Shown here in pieces: positions 58,959-64,000 of a DNA stretch of 64,000 nt. This stretch comes from Candidatus Aminicenantes bacterium (lineage in GTDB: Bacteria; Acidobacteriota; Aminicenantia; Aminicenantales; JAFGBC01). Made by a program: the position numbers and the translations under genes. Each line of letters starts with the position of its first letter. Position 1 is the stretch's first letter. Below the pieces are notes generated by a model. The model had not been told where the DNA came from. It ran no database searches and saw only the letters and a list, made by a program, of their open reading frames with translations. Location: the NCBI GenBank assembly GCA_963702005.1, contig OY969696.1, forward strand, positions 1,952,001-2,016,000, given 5' to 3'.

Positions 58959-59801
58959 ATGGCGCGAAGACCGGCCCGAACGATCCTGGCGACGGCGGCC
59001 GCGTTGTGCTTGTCGATCGCTCCGGCCGGAGCGCGGTCCCAAGCGGGGGAGACGGACCTGATGTCCGTTTTGGACAAAACCGCCGAGAAAGCGGCTTCCT
59101 ACGCTCCTCTCGAATACTGGCGGGCGACCGTCAAGACGGTTCAGACCAAGGTCGACAAGAACTGGAAGCCGGAGAAAGTCACGACCATCAACAGGATCAT
59201 CACCATCCGCAAGGACGATTATGACGAACAGATCCTAAAGGCCGAGGAAGTCGAGAAGGGCCGGACCAAGGATATCACCGAAAAGTACGTCAAGGATTCC
59301 CGCGAACGCCTGGAAAAGAGGCGCCGGCGGGAGGCCGAGCGGAAGGCGAAGGGGCGAGCCGACAAGAACGACGAGAACGGCCGGGAGATGACCCTGAAGG
59401 AATTCCTCCCTTTCGAAACGGCCCGGCGCGCCGATTTCGAATTCAAACGTCTCCCGGACGCGGTGCTCGACGGCCGGATGGCCTTGGTCGTTGAGGTCAG
59501 GGCCCGGGTCAAGGACGAAAAGAACTGGGAGGGCACCTACTTCATCGCTGCCGACAGCTATGATCTCCTCAAGGTCGTCCTCCGCCCCTCCAAGAATCCC
59601 AAGTTTGTCAAGGAGCTCGAGATGGAGATGACCCTCATGGTCCTCGCCGGCAATCACCTCGTCCTGCGCTCCTCGCGGGCCCGGATCAACGGCGGCATCT
59701 TCATTAAACATATCCGGATGATCAGCGAGGACGAGTACTCCGATTATGAGATCCTCTCATCCGATAAAGAAAATCCCAAAAACGCGGAGGTGATGTCATG
59801 A
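58959..59801 (+). CDS. Secreted hypothetical protein
   Basis: Signal peptide, GAGGTG RBS, operonic position. Confidence 0.65.
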   Translation: MARRPARTILATAAALCLSIAPAGARSQAGETDLMSVLDKTAEKAASYAPLEYWRATVKTVQTKVDKNWKPEKVTTINRIITIRKDDYDEQILKAEEVEKGRTKDITEKYVKDSRERLEKRRRREAERKAKGRADKNDENGREMTLKEFLPFETARRADFEFKRLPDAVLDGRMALVVEVRARVKDEKNWEGTYFIAADSYDLLKVVLRPSKNPKFVKELEMEMTLMVLAGNHLVLRSSRARINGGIFIKHIRMISEDEYSDYEILSSDKENPKNAEVMS

Positions 59802-60709
59802 GAAAAAAGAGCGTTTTCCTCGGAATCGCGGCGGTATTGATGCTCGCCCTCGGTTCCGCCGGCGCCGGGACCGTTCCCCAAAACGTCGAGCCGAAGCTCT
59901 CGGTCCACTACGAGGAGCTGACGGCGCCCCAATTCGTCCAGGCCGTCGAGAGGTCGGGCGGAACCTGCATCATCCCGCTGGGCATCATGGAAAAGCACGG
60001 CGCCCATCTGCCCTTGGGCACGGACCTCATCGCCGCCCGCGAAGTGGCCCGCCGGGCCGCCGAGCGCGACTACACGATCGTCTTTCCACCCTATTATTTC
60101 GGCCAGATCTTCGAGGCCCGCCACCAGCCCGGGACATTGGCTTACAGCGAACGGATTATCTTCGACCTTCTGTCCGAGACCTGCGCCGAGCTCAGCCGGA
60201 ACGGGATCAAAAAGATTATTTTTTACAACGGACACGGCGGCAACGACTCGTTCCTGACCTACTTCTGCCAGACCCAGCTCGCCTCGGCCAAGGATTACGT
60301 CGTCTACCTCTTCACGCCTACGGCCAACGCCGAGGACGATCCCGAGGTCCGGAAGCTCCTCAAGACCGGGCTCGATTTCCACGCCGGCGAGAGAGAGACC
60401 TCCGAAATGCTGGCGGTCGCGCCCGACCTCGTCCATCTCGACCAGGCCAAGGCCGACAGCGGCGCCGACCTCAAGCGGCTGGCCGCCCTGACCAGGGCTT
60501 ACACCGGAATCTGGTGGTACGCCCGCTTCCCCAACCACTACGCGGGCGACGGAAGCGCGGCGACGGTCGAGCTGGGCCGGCTCCTGGTCGGGAAGACGGT
60601 CGACGAGCTGACGGCCCTGATCAAGGAGGTCAAGGCCGACCTGATCGCTCCCGAGCTCCAGAAGCGCTTCTTCGAGTCGGCCGCCAAGCCGATCCCGGTC
60701 AAGAAATAA
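59798..60709 (+). CDS. Creatininase-family amidohydrolase with signal peptide
   Basis: EKHGAHLPLGTD, NGHGGN, HAGERETS. Confidence 0.88.
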   Translation: MRKKSVFLGIAAVLMLALGSAGAGTVPQNVEPKLSVHYEELTAPQFVQAVERSGGTCIIPLGIMEKHGAHLPLGTDLIAAREVARRAAERDYTIVFPPYYFGQIFEARHQPGTLAYSERIIFDLLSETCAELSRNGIKKIIFYNGHGGNDSFLTYFCQTQLASAKDYVVYLFTPTANAEDDPEVRKLLKTGLDFHAGERETSEMLAVAPDLVHLDQAKADSGADLKRLAALTRAYTGIWWYARFPNHYAGDGSAATVELGRLLVGKTVDELTALIKEVKADLIAPELQKRFFESAAKPIPVKK

Positions 60710-60713
60710 TCCG

Positions 60714-61352
60714 CTATCCGAGGATCGCGACCGCGCGGACCGGCGAACCGTCGCCGGCGGCCCATTTCAGCGGCAGGCAGGAAAAGATGAATGTCCTGCC
60801 GACGAGGGCCTCCAGGCCGGTCAGGTTTTCGATGATAACCATATTTTTTTCCAGAAATATCCGGTGGATGGACATCGCGTCCGATTTCAGCGAGTCGACC
60901 GAGATCATATCGACGCCGACGCCCTTGAGATGGAATCTCGCCAGCCATCGGGCAGCCGCGTCGGATAGGACAGGGTAGGAGCCGTAGTATTGGGAATCGC
61001 CCCAATAGCGAGCCCAGCCCGAATGCAACAGGACATAGTCGGCGGAGAGGAGCGCCGCCTCGTGCTTCTCGATATCGGAGATCTCGATCGTTCCCCCTCG
61101 GATCGCGGAAACGTCCAGAACGTGGCCCGGCCCCATGAAATGGCCGGCCGCGAATTCGCCCAGCCCGGCGGCGCCCTCCAAAATATGGCCGGGCGCGTCG
61201 AGGTGCGTTCCGGTATGGGAATAGAGGCTGAGCAACTTCTCGGCGAAGCCGTGGCGGGCGATGGTGCAGGCGTCGGCGATGCGGGGCGGCTCGCTGCCCG
61301 GATAGACCGGCATGGATTCGGCTATGACGTGGCTCAGGTCGATGACGTTCAT
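60714..61352 (-). CDS. Cyclase family protein (kynurenine formamidase-like)
   Basis: IDLSH, HTGTHLDAP.H, GVD, IIENL, DGSPVRAVA. Confidence 0.88.
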   Translation of the reverse strand: MNVIDLSHVIAESMPVYPGSEPPRIADACTIARHGFAEKLLSLYSHTGTHLDAPGHILEGAAGLGEFAAGHFMGPGHVLDVSAIRGGTIEISDIEKHEAALLSADYVLLHSGWARYWGDSQYYGSYPVLSDAAARWLARFHLKGVGVDMISVDSLKSDAMSIHRIFLEKNMVIIENLTGLEALVGRTFIFSCLPLKWAAGDGSPVRAVAILG

Positions 61353-61365
61353 GGTCGGCTTGCCG

Positions 61366-63570
61366 CTACTTCTGCAGGGCTTCCAGGCAGTACTGGCCGT
61401 AACGGTTGGACCAGCCGTGGATCTTGGATTCCGTGTCGGTGTAGACGACCGAGTTGTAACAGGTCGGGGTCCGGAGCGTCGGCTTGATGTAGGTATCGCC
61501 GCCCGCGACGCCGAGGTAGCGGATGTAATCCCGGAACGCGGACTTCGCATAGTTCCGGTAGGACGACTGTCCGGTCTCCGAGCAGCAGAAGCCCGCCGCG
61601 TTGGCCGCCATCAAGATGTAAGGGATCTGCCCTTCGCGGGCATCCGGCTGGGTGATATCGATCCAGTAGGGAATCTGGAGCGGGCGGTAGCGCCCGGCGG
61701 CGTTGCTGTCCCCGCCGTAGGTGATGGTCATCAACCAATCGGTCATCCGTTGGATGAGCGCTAAGAGCTTGGCGGCATAAGCAGGGTCCGCTTTCCGGAA
61801 GATGTCTTCATAGGCGTGGATCAAGGGCTCCAGGACATAGCAGTTCATGAGCGGCTGCCGCATGTTCGAGTCGGGCGGGTCTCCTGCGTAGACGAAGCCC
61901 TGCTTTCCGGCCGCGGCTTCCAGGTCAAAGACGGACTTAAGGACGTCCTTGAGCGCTTGGAGGACCGGCTTCGTTCCGTACCGTTTCGTCTTCAACACGG
62001 CCTTGGGATCGATCCGGTAGAGGGCGACCAGGTTCTCGGCCAGCCAGCCCTGGATGCGAAGCTCGTTGGTGTCGATGTATCCGTTCCGGTTGAAGGATTC
62101 ATAGACGTAGCGGCGCACGCCGTCGAGGATTTCCTCGAAGCCGTCGCGGCCGCGCGGGTCGCCGGTCATGAGCCAGTCCATGGCGTAGCCGTGGCTCCAG
62201 GTGTGGCTGGGCCGGCCGCCCCCGAAATCGTTGCCGGGGTTGTCGTGGCTGGGCCGCGACTCCCAATTCTTTTGGAGGTTGAAGGCCTCTCCGTCGGCCG
62301 TCGTATGATAGATGTCCATATCGATCTCGTGACGGGCGAACACCCGGGCGGCGTCGGCGAACTCGAGCCGTCCCGTCCGCAAGAACTGAAGGAACATCCC
62401 GAAGCTCCAGTCGTAATGATTGCCCGACAGGCTTCCGAAATCGCCGCCCCAGCGGAGGTCCCCGTAGTCGTGCCAGCTCTTGAGGTCCTGGGCGAGGTGC
62501 TTCCAGAGCGTATAGCCGCGCGTGTTGGGCGGGTTCTGGACGTCGGCCTTGATGACCTTGGCCCGCTGGAGCTTCTTGAATCGATCGTAGTCGGCTTGCT
62601 CGAAAGCCGGGAAGCCCGTAAGAGGGAGCATGATCGGGCCCCAGGCTCGGGTTTTGGCGTAGTAAGAAGGCGCGGCCGCTGCGAGCGGCGGGGCGGCCTT
62701 GTAGCCCGGCGCGATGGAACCATTCTCCGTGTAGCGGCTTTCGACGACCTCTGGCGAACCCGAGGCGGGGACGACGAGTTCCCAGGTCTTTTCGACGCCG
62801 CCGCCAAAGACGTAGCTTTCGCTGGGGGACAGGAGGTTGACGCTGAAGGCGGCCCCGCTTAAGACGAGCTCGGACTGGCCCCCGGTTTCCCATCCGAAGG
62901 AATTGTTGTTGCGGAACGTCAGGAAGAGGCGGACATCGGTCCGGTCGCGGGAGAAAACGAGGCGGGCCCTGAAACGGACGAGCGCGTTACGGAGCGTCGG
63001 CGTCCAGACGCCGTCGACGCGCAGAACGACCTTCATCGGGCCCTTCTCCTCGACGGTCCAGCCGCCGGCGTTAGGGACGGCCCGGTGCGTTTGGCCGCTC
63101 GAAACGATTTCGAAGGGGAGTCCCATGACGAGGAACTCCGACTTGTTGAAGGTGAAGGCGGCCGCCCTCGTATTGACGGTGATCCGGCCGGCTTGGTCGG
63201 AGACGGTGATCCCCTGAACCGGCTGGGGGGCCTTCCCGGTCTGAAGGGTAAGCGCGGCCGTTCCCGAAGCGGTGAGGTCGACCTGGAAATCGACAAGCAG
63301 CCAGCGGACGCTGCCGTCGGGCCAGACGGCGGTGCGCAGGAACTGGGCGGGAATCTCGGCGCCGCCCTTGAGGAGGCGGACTTTTGACGCGGAACTGAGA
63401 GCGCTCTGGGCGAAGGGGATTCCCGAAGTGACCGGCTGCAGGGTGCGCGCCGCGGCCTCGCGATTGCGGACCGTGAGCGGGATATCGAGCCCCGACATTG
63501 GAACGGATGCCGTGTCGAGGCATAAGATCACGCTGAGGATCGTAATAATCCGCCGGATAGACATGCTCAT
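61366..63570 (-). CDS. Secreted exo-rhamnogalacturonan lyase-like (PL26/YetA-like) protein
   Basis: PVTSGIPF...PAQ....WPDGSVRW, GPMKVV, DYGD, N.HYD......QFLRTG, H..D.D. Confidence 0.6.
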   Translation of the reverse strand: MSMSIRRIITILSVILCLDTASVPMSGLDIPLTVRNREAAARTLQPVTSGIPFAQSALSSASKVRLLKGGAEIPAQFLRTAVWPDGSVRWLLVDFQVDLTASGTAALTLQTGKAPQPVQGITVSDQAGRITVNTRAAAFTFNKSEFLVMGLPFEIVSSGQTHRAVPNAGGWTVEEKGPMKVVLRVDGVWTPTLRNALVRFRARLVFSRDRTDVRLFLTFRNNNSFGWETGGQSELVLSGAAFSVNLLSPSESYVFGGGVEKTWELVVPASGSPEVVESRYTENGSIAPGYKAAPPLAAAAPSYYAKTRAWGPIMLPLTGFPAFEQADYDRFKKLQRAKVIKADVQNPPNTRGYTLWKHLAQDLKSWHDYGDLRWGGDFGSLSGNHYDWSFGMFLQFLRTGRLEFADAARVFARHEIDMDIYHTTADGEAFNLQKNWESRPSHDNPGNDFGGGRPSHTWSHGYAMDWLMTGDPRGRDGFEEILDGVRRYVYESFNRNGYIDTNELRIQGWLAENLVALYRIDPKAVLKTKRYGTKPVLQALKDVLKSVFDLEAAAGKQGFVYAGDPPDSNMRQPLMNCYVLEPLIHAYEDIFRKADPAYAAKLLALIQRMTDWLMTITYGGDSNAAGRYRPLQIPYWIDITQPDAREGQIPYILMAANAAGFCCSETGQSSYRNYAKSAFRDYIRYLGVAGGDTYIKPTLRTPTCYNSVVYTDTESKIHGWSNRYGQYCLEALQK

Positions 63571-63663
63571 GACCTCCCGGGTTTGCGGCTCTTTCTTCCT
63601 AGGGCGCTCCTGCCCCTAGCCCATATGGCCTTGAGGATAGTAATAGCAGTTAATAATAGCGGA

Positions 63664-63713
63664 TTCAATCCCCTCGCGGGATTCCACGGACGTGAGTCCG
63701 TGGAGCTTCAGCC
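63664..63713 (+). repeat. Hairpin element copy E, compact form of the left part of D
   Basis: TTCAATCCCCTCGCGGGATTCCACGGAC-GTGA-GTCCGTGGAGCTTC. Confidence 0.8.
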
Positions 63714-63741
63714 TTATCCGCTATTTATTCAGGAATTAAAG

Positions 63742-63771
63742 AAAAAAGCCGGGGGAGGGGAGCCCCCCGGC
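63742..63771 (-). terminator. Rho-independent terminator
   Basis: GCCGGGGG/CCCCCGGC stem followed by T6 on the minus strand, just after a stop codon. Confidence 0.75.
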
Positions 63772-63791
63772 CTGGCGTTGTGAGTTTATCC

Positions 63792-64000
63792 TCAATCTTT
63801 TTTGAGCAGGATCTCCTCGAAGAGCTTGATGGCCTCGTCCGAACCCGTCTGTCCCAGCCAGAACAGGGCTTTCTTCCGGACGGAGGGGCTTTTGTTCTCC
63901 TTGGCGATGCCGATGAGCATGGGAACGGACTTCTGCTTGGGAAGCTGGGAGATGGCGAACACGGCCGATTCCTTGACGTCCTCGTCCGGGCCCTCGACGA
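63792..64000 (-). CDS. HEAT-repeat protein, 3' end only
   Basis: Hand translation: DEDVKESAVFAISQLP...SVRKKALFWLGQ...FEEILLKKD*. Confidence 0.75.
   Translation of the reverse strand, partial: VEGPDEDVKESAVFAISQLPKQKSVPMLIGIAKENKSPSVRKKALFWLGQTGSDEAIKLFEEILLKKD

Overview
GC-rich bacterial chromosome segment. The gene content (Acidobacterial-type VWA protein, SBBP/BNR propellers, DUF5916, CBM9-like proteins, many secreted glycosidases) suggests Acidobacteriota/Aminicenantes, which is an inference. It holds about 45 CDS, mostly for secreted carbohydrate and peptide degradation, cell envelope and redox functions, plus one complete IS630. Main observations: (1) two integrase-less ~2 kb cargo blocks, each flanked by a diverged orphan copy of the 3' end of the neighbouring gene; (2) a dispersed, modular, nested-hairpin element family (6 related loci) resembling IS200/IS605 ends, whose TTGAC terminus is the -35 box of a well-spaced promoter in 3 of 5 copies; (3) a Cyc2-like cytochrome-porin beside a diheme peroxidase-family gene; (4) a probable 3-keto-glycoside operon with a fused TIM-barrel/DUF1080 enzyme; (5) a propeller gene broken by an exact 7-bp duplication. 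All calls come from motif reading and by-eye alignment; no searches were run.
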